Shown here: positions 1-7,714 of the stretch, piece by piece
Layout of the letters: each line of letters begins with the position of its first letter
Numbering within the stretch: the stretch's first letter is position 1
Virus record (IMG/VR): IMGVR_UViG_3300046739_000328
Coordinates: 1-29,790 of that record
DNA from: a virus
Lineage: Duplodnaviria > Caudoviricetes
Direction: 5' to 3' (one strand)
DNA: 29,790 bases
Translations under genes and position numbers: made by a program
Notes under the pieces: model-generated
What the model saw: only the letters and a program-made list of their open reading frames with translations
What the model was told of the DNA's origin: nothing
Database searches by the model: none

Positions 1-43
1 GGTGCGGCGCCCCCAGAGCCGCTGTTACCCCCCACATACCCCC

Positions 44-80
44 AAAAAAAAAACGCCCGGCGACGGCGCCGAGCGTTTTT
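44..80 (-). terminator. Intrinsic terminator downstream of the tRNA-Pro 3' fragment
   Basis: Hairpin CGCCCGGCG-ACGG-CGCCGAGCG. The mismatch is a G-U pair on the minus strand. Flanked by A10 (44-53) and T5 (76-80). Confidence 0.8.
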
Positions 81-91
81 CCTAGCAATTT

Positions 92-141
92 TGGTCGGGA
101 TGACTGGATTCGAACCAGCGACCCCCTGACCCCCAGGCAGA
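92..141 (-). other. 3' half of tRNA-Pro(GGG); att-core-like fragment, not a full tRNA
   Basis: Minus strand reads CTGGGGGTCAGGGGGTCGCTGGTTCGAATCCAGTCATCCCGACCA (anticodon loop, T-arm, CCA). No D-arm or 5' acceptor strand upstream. Confidence 0.85.
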
Positions 142-175
142 GGGGCATCGCGGAGCGTCGTGTCGGTTCGCGTCA

Positions 176-517
176 TCACCCCGGGAACCTGTTCCGCCAG
201 GCGTTGCGGCTGCGATACCGAGCGACGTGGATGGTGTCGGCCCGCAGGCGGGTCTGCGCGACGTCATAGGCGGCCTGCATCCGCAGCAAGGTGTCCATCG
301 ACACGCCGAACGCTTTCTCCACCCGCAGCGCCATCTCCCCCGACAGCGACGCTTGCCCCTTCAGCAGCTTGGACAGCGCCGACTGTCCGACGCCGATCAC
401 GGCGGCGGCCGCCGTGATCGTGAGGTGGTGCGGGTCGAGGATCTCTTCCCGGATGAAGACGCCCGGATGCGAGGGGCCGGCCATCCGGCGGACCGCCCGG
501 CGCGACGGGACGCTCAC
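176..517 (-). CDS. higA: HigA-family antitoxin (XRE HTH), no cognate toxin adjacent
   Basis: HPGVFIREEIL...SLSGEMALRVEKAFGVSMDTLLRMQAAYD signature. GTG at 517 follows AGGGGG RBS; alternative ATG at 484. Confidence 0.85.
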   Translation of the reverse strand: MSVPSRRAVRRMAGPSHPGVFIREEILDPHHLTITAAAAVIGVGQSALSKLLKGQASLSGEMALRVEKAFGVSMDTLLRMQAAYDVAQTRLRADTIHVARYRSRNAWRNRFPG

Positions 518-548
518 GATTCCCCCTGATCGGTTTTGGTGCGGCGCT

Positions 549-915
549 GTCCGGGCGAGAGTCCGGGCGAGAGTTGCCCAAAAAGTTGCCAAGAACGCAG
601 AACTTTAAATTGCTCAAGCATATGGTGTGACCTGCGGTTTCCCTTTCAAGGCTAAAACGCGGGTTCGAATCCCGCTGGGGACGCCAGCCAGAATCCCCCC
701 GAATTCTTAGCAAATCATTCAATACTTCGTGGAATTCCGGCCTCGTCGCCCATCGGCATCGGTGCAGGATAAGTGCTGATAAATGCGGCTCTGTGGGGTG
801 AGAGTTGCCAGAAAGTTGCCAGGAACTTGGCCACGACCCGGGTGGTTTTTGGGTGGGCTCAAGAGCGCTAATACCCGGGCCTGGACGCAGCGCGTTTGGC
901 AACTCTTGGCAACTT
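549..915. repeat. Integrase arm-type repeats (AGTTGCC) on both sides of the tRNA-Glu core
   Basis: Tandem AGTTGCC pairs at 572-590 and 803-820, an inverted pair TTGGCAACT at 896-914, and a 12-bp direct repeat GTCCGGGCGAGA x2 at 549-572. Confidence 0.75.
641..686 (+). other. 3' half of tRNA-Glu(TTC); probable attP core
   Basis: CCCTTTCAAGGCTAAAACGCGGGTTCGAATCCCGCTGGGGACGCCA with the 5' half absent. Lies just past the 3' end of the integrase gene. Confidence 0.85.
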
Positions 916-2052
916 TGAGACGCTGGGCACGACCAGCACCGGCGCCGGCGTGAACCCCGGCGTCGTCGCGGTGAACCCCGCAATCGCCGCGGCGTCGACT
1001 TCGCCATGCGCCGCCTTCGTGTACCGGGCGGTCATCACTGAGCCCTCGGCGTGCAGCATGAGGCGCGCGACCGTCGCCTGATCCCCGGTCACGCGATACA
1101 TCTGCGCCCCGAAACTGTGGCGGAGGTCGTAGAGCGTAAAGTGCGCCAACCCGATGCGGCGCGCCGCGCGTTTGACCGACACATTCACCGGCCCGACGGC
1201 GAACGGCCCGCAGGCGCCGGCGCGGATGAGCGCGGCCAGGGCGGCGGCGCCCTGCGTTGTCAGCTTCAGCCGCCGCGCCTCGACGCCCTCGCCTTTGTGC
1301 CGTTTGGGCACGCGCACCGTCGGCGGTGTGTCCGTGAGCCGGCAGTCGGCCGGCGTCAGCTGGCCGAGGAGGCCCGGCGGGATGCCCGTATAGGCGACGA
1401 CCGCGGCGCGGAGTTTCGAGAACGCCGTCGTCTGGCCGTGCGTGACGTAGTAGTAGTCCGGCATGGCGTCCAGTAGGCGCGCGACCGTGGCGTAGTCGGT
1501 GCCGCGGACCTCGGGCGGGCCGGGCGCAAAATTCTGCGCGTCCTGCACAGGGTTGCGCAGCTCGAGCCCGGCGTTAAGCACGGCGTAGAACGTGCGCAGC
1601 GAGTTGCGATACTTGCGAATCGTCTGCGGGTCGAGGCCGCGGGCCCGGACCGGCCGGCCGCGGTCCGTCTGGCGCGGCGGGGCGCAGAGGAGCCACTGCT
1701 GAATGACGGTGTTGATGTCGGCAGTCGTCACCGAGTGGCGCGACCGATCGCGACCTAGCGCGGACGCCCACTGGTGTAAGTGCGCAAGGATTTGCGCGCG
1801 CGTCGGTTTGGCGACGATCAGGCGTTCGTAGTTCGCGATGTCCTCGGCGAGGCTCGTCGCCGTGGCGCTGCGGCTGCCGCCGCCGAAATGCTCGCGCTTG
1901 GTGGCCGTCCGCCACGCGGCGATCGTGGCGAGCGGCGTGCCGGGATCGAAGGATTGCCGATAGAGCACGCCGCGCACGCGGACATAGCCTTCGAGTTTAT
2001 TGCCCTTACGGCGCACACCCTTCCCGATCGATTGGCCTTTGCGTTTCGTCAC
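868..2052 (-). CDS. int: Tyrosine recombinase / phage integrase
   Basis: YTG(IPP), YDLRHSF, LMLH and MTARY motifs; 394 aa; next to an att core. Confidence 0.9.
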   Translation of the reverse strand: MTKRKGQSIGKGVRRKGNKLEGYVRVRGVLYRQSFDPGTPLATIAAWRTATKREHFGGGSRSATATSLAEDIANYERLIVAKPTRAQILAHLHQWASALGRDRSRHSVTTADINTVIQQWLLCAPPRQTDRGRPVRARGLDPQTIRKYRNSLRTFYAVLNAGLELRNPVQDAQNFAPGPPEVRGTDYATVARLLDAMPDYYYVTHGQTTAFSKLRAAVVAYTGIPPGLLGQLTPADCRLTDTPPTVRVPKRHKGEGVEARRLKLTTQGAAALAALIRAGACGPFAVGPVNVSVKRAARRIGLAHFTLYDLRHSFGAQMYRVTGDQATVARLMLHAEGSVMTARYTKAAHGEVDAAAIAGFTATTPGFTPAPVLVVPSVSKLPRVAKRAASRPGY

Positions 2053-2678
2053 AGTGCTTCGTCTTTCTCACTCACGGCGGGTTTGCTGTTCTTCTTCTTC
2101 GGTCGCCCGCGGCGCGGTGTGGGCGCTGGCGGCGTGGATGGTGGCGGGGCCTCCGGCGTGGCCTCTAGTGCGGCGATGTCGGCGTCGGTCTTTGTGAGCA
2201 TCTGGGCGAGGTCGCGGCGGAGCTGTTGGAGCTTGTCACGCCGCGCGCGCGTGGCCTTCTCGGTCGCGAGCATGTCGACGCAGACCGACACACACACATC
2301 GCAGATATACACGGCGCTCTTTCCTTGGATCAGGAGCTCTATCTCGTCATCGCCCAGCCCACAAAACGAGCACGCGACGCCACTCACGGTCTTGTTCTTC
2401 ACCGTCTCGTCACTCATGAGCTGCACCTGCGCGGGTTTCTCGATCGCCGGTGCGCCATTCGTCGTGAGGGCCGCTGGCGTCGTCCCAAGGAGGCGCGCGA
2501 GACGCGCGAGGGTTTCGTGGTTGGGATACTGCGCGCCGCGCTCGAGCGCGCGCAACGTGTTCGGGGTGATGCCGGCCTGCTGACAGAACGTCGCTTTATT
2601 GAGATCCAGCTGGGCGCGCCCCATCCGAAGCCGTTCGGCGAATGACCGGAGGAGATCGTCCGTGTCGCGGTCGGTCAT
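2049..2678 (-). CDS. XRE HTH regulator fused to a ClpX-type C4 zinc finger
   Basis: N-terminal FAERLR...TLRALERG HTH; CSFCG...LLIQG..VYICDVCV matches the ClpX zinc-binding domain pattern. Confidence 0.8.
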   Translation of the reverse strand: MTDRDTDDLLRSFAERLRMGRAQLDLNKATFCQQAGITPNTLRALERGAQYPNHETLARLARLLGTTPAALTTNGAPAIEKPAQVQLMSDETVKNKTVSGVACSFCGLGDDEIELLIQGKSAVYICDVCVSVCVDMLATEKATRARRDKLQQLRRDLAQMLTKTDADIAALEATPEAPPPSTPPAPTPRRGRPKKKNSKPAVSEKDEAL

Positions 2679-2715
2679 TGTCCCGCCTTGACTAGTGCCT
2701 GGCTTTTGAGGGGAG

Positions 2716-3150
2716 TTAGACGGAGCGTGCCGGCGCGCGGGGACTGCGCGCCTCCTGGAGCTCGATGATTCTGGCGAGAATTTCTTCGAGGGCCTTCCGG
2801 GTCTTGGTCATCTCGGGCGCTGATTGCAGCCGGCGCCATTGGCGGGTGCGCTCCTCTTCGAGCGGGGTCAAGCGAAGTCCGCCCGATCGGCCGGCGCGTC
2901 GCTGGGCGGGCGCCCCGTAGAGGTCTTCGATAAGCTCGGCCACATCCCCGTGGCCCGCCGCGCGGAGGAGTTTCGAGGGCGAGGTCCCCGTGACGTCCGC
3001 GATCTTGAGGCAGATCGTGGGGTCGGCGGGCTTGCCGGCCAGCAGCCGGCTGAACGTGTCGGGTCGAACGCCGATCGCTTTGGCAAACTCCGCGTGGGTG
3101 CCTCCGCGTTCGTCGGCGAGGCCGCGCAGTAATGTCCCAAAATGGCCCAT
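2716..3150 (-). CDS. XRE-family repressor-like protein (paralog B)
   Basis: EFAKAIGVRPDTFSRLL HTH; similar over most of its length to 3496-3954. Confidence 0.8.
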   Translation of the reverse strand: MGHFGTLLRGLADERGGTHAEFAKAIGVRPDTFSRLLAGKPADPTICLKIADVTGTSPSKLLRAAGHGDVAELIEDLYGAPAQRRAGRSGGLRLTPLEEERTRQWRRLQSAPEMTKTRKALEEILARIIELQEARSPRAPARSV

Positions 3151-3185
3151 GGGTAGCCACTAGTGTAAACGTGTGGCGGCAAACC

Positions 3186-3200
3186 TTGCAATAATTGCAA
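3186..3200. promoter_or_regulatory. Operator palindrome TTGCAA-TAA-TTGCAA
   Basis: Perfect inverted repeat upstream of paralog B; same motif at 4012 and 4110. Confidence 0.7.
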
Positions 3201-3225
3201 AGTGTAGCGGGGCCCTGGACCGCGT

Positions 3226-3408
3226 TCACCCCCGGCGCCCCATCATGCGGATCAGCGTCGACACCGCGCGTTGAATATGCGGGGGGAGAAACTGCCAGGC
3301 GACTTGGTCGCGTGGCAGTTTCGCGCGGGCGGGTTTGGCTCGCGGCACGGTCCGCACCACGCCCTTCGCTGTCACAATGTGCAGTTTCCTGTTGGTCTTC
3401 GCAGCCAT
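3226..3408 (-). CDS. Small basic hypothetical protein
   Basis: 60 aa; ATG preceded by GGAGCAGGA; fills the gap in the leftward operon. Confidence 0.5.
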   Translation of the reverse strand: MAAKTNRKLHIVTAKGVVRTVPRAKPARAKLPRDQVAWQFLPPHIQRAVSTLIRMMGRRG

Positions 3409-3495
3409 CGGTGTCCTGCTCCGTAGAAAGGAACGCGACCCCGACGAGGCGTCCCGCGTGTGTGCCGGTGTCGTCTCCGTGACAGGGGTCGGGAC

Positions 3496-3954
3496 TCATG
3501 AGGCGCCCTTCTGCCGACGGTTCGCCTCCAGGCGGCGGCGAAAGGGCGTCAGTTTTGGGACCCGTCCCTGCTTCTGGACGCTGTAGTCCACGAGCGTATA
3601 GAAGGCGCTGGCGGCCTTGGGGTCAAGGCCGCGCAGGGCCGCCACATGTTTTTGTTCGTGCGGCGTCAGTTGAATGCCGAGAAACGCCTGCCGGCGTTCA
3701 GCGGCCGGGCCATAGAGGTCTTCAATCACGTCCGCGACGTCCCCTCTGTCCGCGGCGCGCAAGATCCGTGACGCGGAGGTTCCCGTCACGGTGGCGAGCC
3801 GCAAGCACACTTCCACGCTCGGCGCGTGCGCGCCGCGGCTCGTGAGGAAATGACTCAGCGTGGACGGCGTCACGCCGATCGCTTCAGCTAGATCCTTTTT
3901 CGTCCCTCCGTACTGCGTCACGAGTTCTCCCAAGAGTTGTCGAAATTCGGTCAT
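3496..3954 (-). CDS. CI-like XRE repressor (paralog A)
   Basis: DLAEAIGVTPSTLSHFL HTH; first leftward gene of the divergent switch. Confidence 0.8.
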   Translation of the reverse strand: MTEFRQLLGELVTQYGGTKKDLAEAIGVTPSTLSHFLTSRGAHAPSVEVCLRLATVTGTSASRILRAADRGDVADVIEDLYGPAAERRQAFLGIQLTPHEQKHVAALRGLDPKAASAFYTLVDYSVQKQGRVPKLTPFRRRLEANRRQKGAS

Positions 3955-4159
3955 AGCTGCATCTGTCCTTTGCTTGTCGTGTTTCCGCCGCACTGTGGAA
4001 ACTTACAGCCTTCTTGCAAATATTGCAAGACTCAGCATTGACGATTGAGCTATCCACCGATCGCGACTTGACTTTATAGCATGTCAATTGTAGCCTTTGC
4101 GTTCTTGGCAAGTGCAATGATTGCACTTTACGCAATCACAAGACACGCGAAGGAGTCGC
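3955..4159. promoter_or_regulatory. Divergent lysis/lysogeny control region with two operators
   Basis: AT-rich intergenic region; TCTTGCAA-ATA-TTGCAAGA (4012-4030) and AAGTGCAA-TGA-TTGCACTT (4110-4128). Confidence 0.75.
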
Positions 4160-4447
4160 ATGACTCAGGACCGGCCGGACAACCCCTTGGCGCTGCTCGA
4201 CGACTACCGCCTAGCGCACGACTGGACGTGGGCGGATTTCGCGGCCGCGATGGCGCGGGTCGAGATCCAGATGTCCCCGCGGACGCTGCACTACCTGGCC
4301 AAATCGGCGGCGGCGTCGAAGCCGCACGATCGCACAGTGCACAAGATTCGGCTGTTCTTCGAGCGCGCGAAGAGCAACCGCGCGGCCCACTCCCGCGACT
4401 GCAAGTGCCGCCTGACGAGTCGGCGGAAGACGGTGAGCGCCGCATGA
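4160..4447 (+). CDS. Cro-like HTH protein
   Basis: AAGGAG RBS; first rightward gene; helix pattern WADFAAAM...SPRTLHYL. Confidence 0.6.
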   Translation: MTQDRPDNPLALLDDYRLAHDWTWADFAAAMARVEIQMSPRTLHYLAKSAAASKPHDRTVHKIRLFFERAKSNRAAHSRDCKCRLTSRRKTVSAA

Positions 4448-4462
4448 TCGGCGAGTCCCGCC

Positions 4463-4675
4463 ATGAGTGACCGCTGTTACACCCGGGCGCAGGTCATGGA
4501 CAAGCTCCAGTTGCCGCGCCGCACGTTCTTTGCCTTGAAGCAAGCCGGGCGGTTGCCCATGCTCGAGGAGCTCCGTCCGCGTATCGGTCGCGCTGCACGC
4601 TATCGCGCCGATCTGATCGACCGTTACCTCGAGGGCCGCTTCCAGGTGGTCCGATCCTTCTCGCGCGCGCGGTGA
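4463..4675 (+). CDS. Excisionase/AlpA-like HTH protein
   Basis: YTRAQVMDKLQL.RRTF...G.LP...RYRADLIDRYL pattern; 70 aa. Confidence 0.7.
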   Translation: MSDRCYTRAQVMDKLQLPRRTFFALKQAGRLPMLEELRPRIGRAARYRADLIDRYLEGRFQVVRSFSRAR

Positions 4676-4986
4676 CGCCGATGCCGCCCGAGCTCCGACC
4701 GGCCGCGCCGGCGCCGACCACCTTCCTCAGCCCCCGTGCCGTCATTCGCGGGACCGCGTGGGTCGTGCCTCGCCGCGGCGACCCCGGCACGCCCTATTAC
4801 TTGATCGTCACCGGGCCTGACCAGGACCCCGGCGCCGCCGAGCAGCTCTATCTCACGCGCGACCCGGCACTCTACGCGATGGCTGTCGCGCTCGAGGGGA
4901 GCGAACGCCGCGTGCAGTTGCAGTGGCATCCAGGCCAGGCTGTCGGCGGCCAGCGCGCGCGCCGTGTGCTCGAGATGATCAGATGA
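4672..4986 (+). CDS. Hypothetical protein
   Basis: Start/stop overlaps with both neighbours. Confidence 0.55.
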   Translation: MTPMPPELRPAAPAPTTFLSPRAVIRGTAWVVPRRGDPGTPYYLIVTGPDQDPGAAEQLYLTRDPALYAMAVALEGSERRVQLQWHPGQAVGGQRARRVLEMIR

Positions 4987-5336
4987 GGCCCCGGGAAGCC
5001 GGCTTTGTCCACGGCCTCCGCGTGCGCGTCGGCAACGACAAGGGCGTGCTCCTGCGCTGCGAGCCGCGCGCCGGCGATCCCTACTGGCGCATCCGCCTCC
5101 AGACCGGCGAATGGCTGCAGCCTCGCGACTTCATCGTCGACGGGCCGGGCGACGAGGTGGACGACTGTTCGCAGTGCGGGCTGCCGTGCTATCACCGGCC
5201 CGGCGACCTGCTCTGCCAACGCTGCGACGTCGCCGCGTTCGGTCCGACAACACGGCCCATCGAGAACGCCACCACCCGCGATGACATCGGACCGCGCCGC
5301 GGTCTCCATCGCCACCGCCGCCCCTGGCACGCCTAG
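4983..5336 (+). CDS. Hypothetical protein with CxxC...CxxC zinc ribbon
   Basis: ATGA overlap at 4983; CSQC and CQRC motifs. Confidence 0.55.
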   Translation: MRPREAGFVHGLRVRVGNDKGVLLRCEPRAGDPYWRIRLQTGEWLQPRDFIVDGPGDEVDDCSQCGLPCYHRPGDLLCQRCDVAAFGPTTRPIENATTRDDIGPRRGLHRHRRPWHA

Positions 5337-5344
5337 GAGGAACG

Positions 5345-6094
5345 ATGAACACCAGCCTCGCCGTAGTGCCCGAGTCGCCGGCGCCGCTTGTGACGCCGGC
5401 ACAGCTCGACCTGATCAAAGCCACCGTCGCGCGCGATGCCACCGACGCCGAGCTCGCGCTCTACCTCTTCGACTGTCAGCGGCGCGGCGTGCACCCGCTC
5501 GACCGGCTGATCCACTTCACTAAGCGCGCCGGCAAGTACACGCCGATTACCTCGATCGACTTCATGCGCACGCGCGCCGCGACCACGGGCGAGTGTGCCG
5601 GTATCGAGGACGCGCAGTTTACCGACGGGCCCGAGTCGCCGGCCACGTTCCGCGCGACGGTGACGGTGTGGCGCCTGGTGCAGGGGCAGCGGTGCGCGTT
5701 CACGGCGACCGCGTGGTGGCAGGAATTTCGGCCCGAGCAGAACGACTTCATGTGGCGCCGGATGCCGCACGTGATGCTCGGGAAAGTCGCCGAGGGGCAC
5801 GCGCTGCGGAAAGGCTTTCCCCAGCAACTCGCGGGGCTCTACGCCGCTGAGGAAATGGACCAGGCGCGCGAGGACGGCGAGGCGCCGCCGCGGCCGGCCG
5901 GCAAACCCGACAAACCGATTACGGCGGCGCAGCGCAAGCGGCTGTTCGCTATCGCGAAGGACTGCGGCGTGTCAGAGGAGGCGCTGCGCGCGGCGCTCCC
6001 GCCTGGCGTCGAGAGCACCAAAGATCTCACGCAAGCGATGTACGAGGCCGTAATCACGCGGCTGCAGACGCCAGGCGCCGATGACGTCCTCTGA
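5345..6094 (+). CDS. bet: Bet/RecT-family single-strand annealing protein
   Basis: QLDLIKATVA..ATDAEL..YL..C...G.HPL and W.RMP.VMLGKVAE.HALRKGFP...GLY..EEM; AGGAGG RBS. Confidence 0.9.
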   Translation: MNTSLAVVPESPAPLVTPAQLDLIKATVARDATDAELALYLFDCQRRGVHPLDRLIHFTKRAGKYTPITSIDFMRTRAATTGECAGIEDAQFTDGPESPATFRATVTVWRLVQGQRCAFTATAWWQEFRPEQNDFMWRRMPHVMLGKVAEGHALRKGFPQQLAGLYAAEEMDQAREDGEAPPRPAGKPDKPITAAQRKRLFAIAKDCGVSEEALRAALPPGVESTKDLTQAMYEAVITRLQTPGADDVL

Positions 6095-6254
6095 GCCGAT
6101 GTTCCCGCGTCTCGTGCACAGCCAGGCCGCGGCGCTCTGGGGCGTCGAGTATCTCGACCCAGAGCTCGGCCTCTGTCGCCTGTGGTTTGAGTCGCAGCGT
6201 GAGGCACGACGCGAACTGTTGCGGAGAAGGCGCGCCGAGGTGACCGAGCGATGA
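6081..6254 (+). CDS. Small hypothetical protein (57 aa, below the ORF-track cutoff)
   Basis: MTSSEPMFPRL...VTER*; overlaps the bet stop and the next start (ATGA). Confidence 0.45.
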   Translation: MTSSEPMFPRLVHSQAAALWGVEYLDPELGLCRLWFESQREARRELLRRRRAEVTER

Positions 6255-6667
6255 CGCCTGCGCGCTGCCTGTTCTGCGGTGAGCCCGTCAAGGACGGAGG
6301 CGATCTCCTCCATCGGCTGCACTGTGACGGCCGACAAGGCCGCGTCGAGGCCGCGGTGCCTGACCCTGGCGCCTGGCGACGTGTGCGAGTCACGGACCCT
6401 GACACCAGCCACGACGCCGCGGCCCTCGACCGCGCGCGGGACCGTGACCGTGCCTATGCCGCGCTCGCGCGCGCGCCAGAAGGGCTCACCGACTTCGAGC
6501 TCGGCGCGGCGATTGGGCGGCAGCAGACCAGCGCCGGGAAGCGGCGCGGCGAGCTGCGCGATGCCGGCCTGGTGGTGGATTCGGGCGAACGTCGACCGGC
6601 GCCGAGTGGGAGTCGCGCGATTGTGTGGCGGCTCGTCGAAGCGGTGAGGCGCGGCAGCAGACATTGA
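6251..6667 (+). CDS. Phage protein, probable winged HTH
   Basis: R.TDPDTSHDAA motif, then GLTDFEL...KRRGELRDAGLVVDSG.RR...SG.RAIVW. Confidence 0.7.
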   Translation: MTPARCLFCGEPVKDGGDLLHRLHCDGRQGRVEAAVPDPGAWRRVRVTDPDTSHDAAALDRARDRDRAYAALARAPEGLTDFELGAAIGRQQTSAGKRRGELRDAGLVVDSGERRPAPSGSRAIVWRLVEAVRRGSRH

Positions 6668-6687
6668 TGGGAGGGGCGGCAGCTCCG

Positions 6688-6893
6688 AGCAACGCAGTCA
6701 CTGAACGATCCAATGGAGTCAATTAGCGAATCGATCGACTCAGAGGATCTAGGCACAGAGTCAGGGACCGAGTCATGGATGCAGGCAGACAGATATTCAA
6801 CGAGGGAACGAACCAAGACCACGCACGAATCGAACGAAGCAGCCGAATGACGGGAGTGATAAAGCCAAGCAATCGAACAAAGGAGCCAACAGA
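6688..6893 (+). repeat. A-phased tetramer array 1 (ANNS)n; putative guide ncRNA
   Basis: A at every 4th base, with 18 consecutive in-phase As at 6747-6815. Shorter runs on either side are separated by 1-2 nt phase slips. Confidence 0.9.
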
Positions 6894-7709
6894 ATGACGA
6901 CAAAAAAGACCGAGAGCCAGAAGGCGGACGGTGCCACCGTCACCGTCCGCTACGATTCCGAATCCATCGCCAATATGGCGCTGAAGGTCAAGGCCGAGGG
7001 CTTCGTGCCGGCCGAGGACCTCAAGGCGGAATTCGGCCCGGAGAAATTCACGCGCGGCGTTGCGGTGCTCTATCGCGATTTCCGCATGTTCCGGGAAGTG
7101 CGGCGCGCCTGGAAGGACGGCGTTGACGCGCTCGGGTATGAGTGGGCCGATCGGCGCTTCAGCAAATCCGAGGTCAAGAAGATTCCCCCGGAGCTCGGCT
7201 TCCTCGTGGACCTCGCGAGCCCCATGGCGCCGAAGTACAGCGACTTCCAGAGCGTGACGGTGAAATGCCGCTACGTCACCGCGGCGCTCGGCGGCTGTCC
7301 GGTGAAGGACACGGACGGCTCACCGATCAACGCGTTTGAGCGCGACCGCGACGGCCAGATCCAAATCCTCCGCTACAACCTGCGCGCGATGATTACGCCG
7401 GCGCTCCCGATGATCGGCAAAGAGCAGGCCCTCGCGCGCCGCATCGGGTTCAAGACGATCCGCATCGCGACCAATGGCAACCTCTCGAAGGTCGAGCGGC
7501 CCGTCAACGACCACGGCCAGGGCAAGGGGTTCTGCCGGAGCGAGAAACTCGCGGATGGCACGGACTTCACCATCGAGGCGCTGATTCCGACGTCGATTCT
7601 CTCGGTGTCGGAGTATGTGCAGGCGCTGCGGCTTGCTGGCGAGATGGTCGGCTTGTCGCCGGGCCGATCGGCCGGATTCGGCGATTTCGAGGTGATCGAG
7701 GTCGGCTAA
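6894..7709 (+). CDS. Solitary Cas7-like RAMP protein with an N-terminal extension
   Basis: RAMP motif order VTVKCRYVTAALGG / DGQIQILRYNLRAMI / EKLADGTDFTI / C-terminal glycine loop AGEMVGLSPGRSAGFGDFEV; AAGGAG RBS. Confidence 0.75.
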   Translation: MTTKKTESQKADGATVTVRYDSESIANMALKVKAEGFVPAEDLKAEFGPEKFTRGVAVLYRDFRMFREVRRAWKDGVDALGYEWADRRFSKSEVKKIPPELGFLVDLASPMAPKYSDFQSVTVKCRYVTAALGGCPVKDTDGSPINAFERDRDGQIQILRYNLRAMITPALPMIGKEQALARRIGFKTIRIATNGNLSKVERPVNDHGQGKGFCRSEKLADGTDFTIEALIPTSILSVSEYVQALRLAGEMVGLSPGRSAGFGDFEVIEVG

Positions 7710-7714
7710 ACACG

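Noticed and set aside
92-686. Functional tRNA-Pro and tRNA-Glu genes
   Set aside because: Both lack the 5' acceptor strand and the D-arm.
6779-6806. Decoded array 1 (tgc ggc gac gat ttc acg) resembles 18551-18568 (tgc ggc gac gtg ttc acc) as a self-target
   Set aside because: The match is short and its flanks disagree; expected by chance in 30 kb of high-GC DNA.
6454-6903. 149-aa minus-strand ORF
   Set aside because: Antisense to array 1 and to a better-supported gene; Ser-rich artefact.
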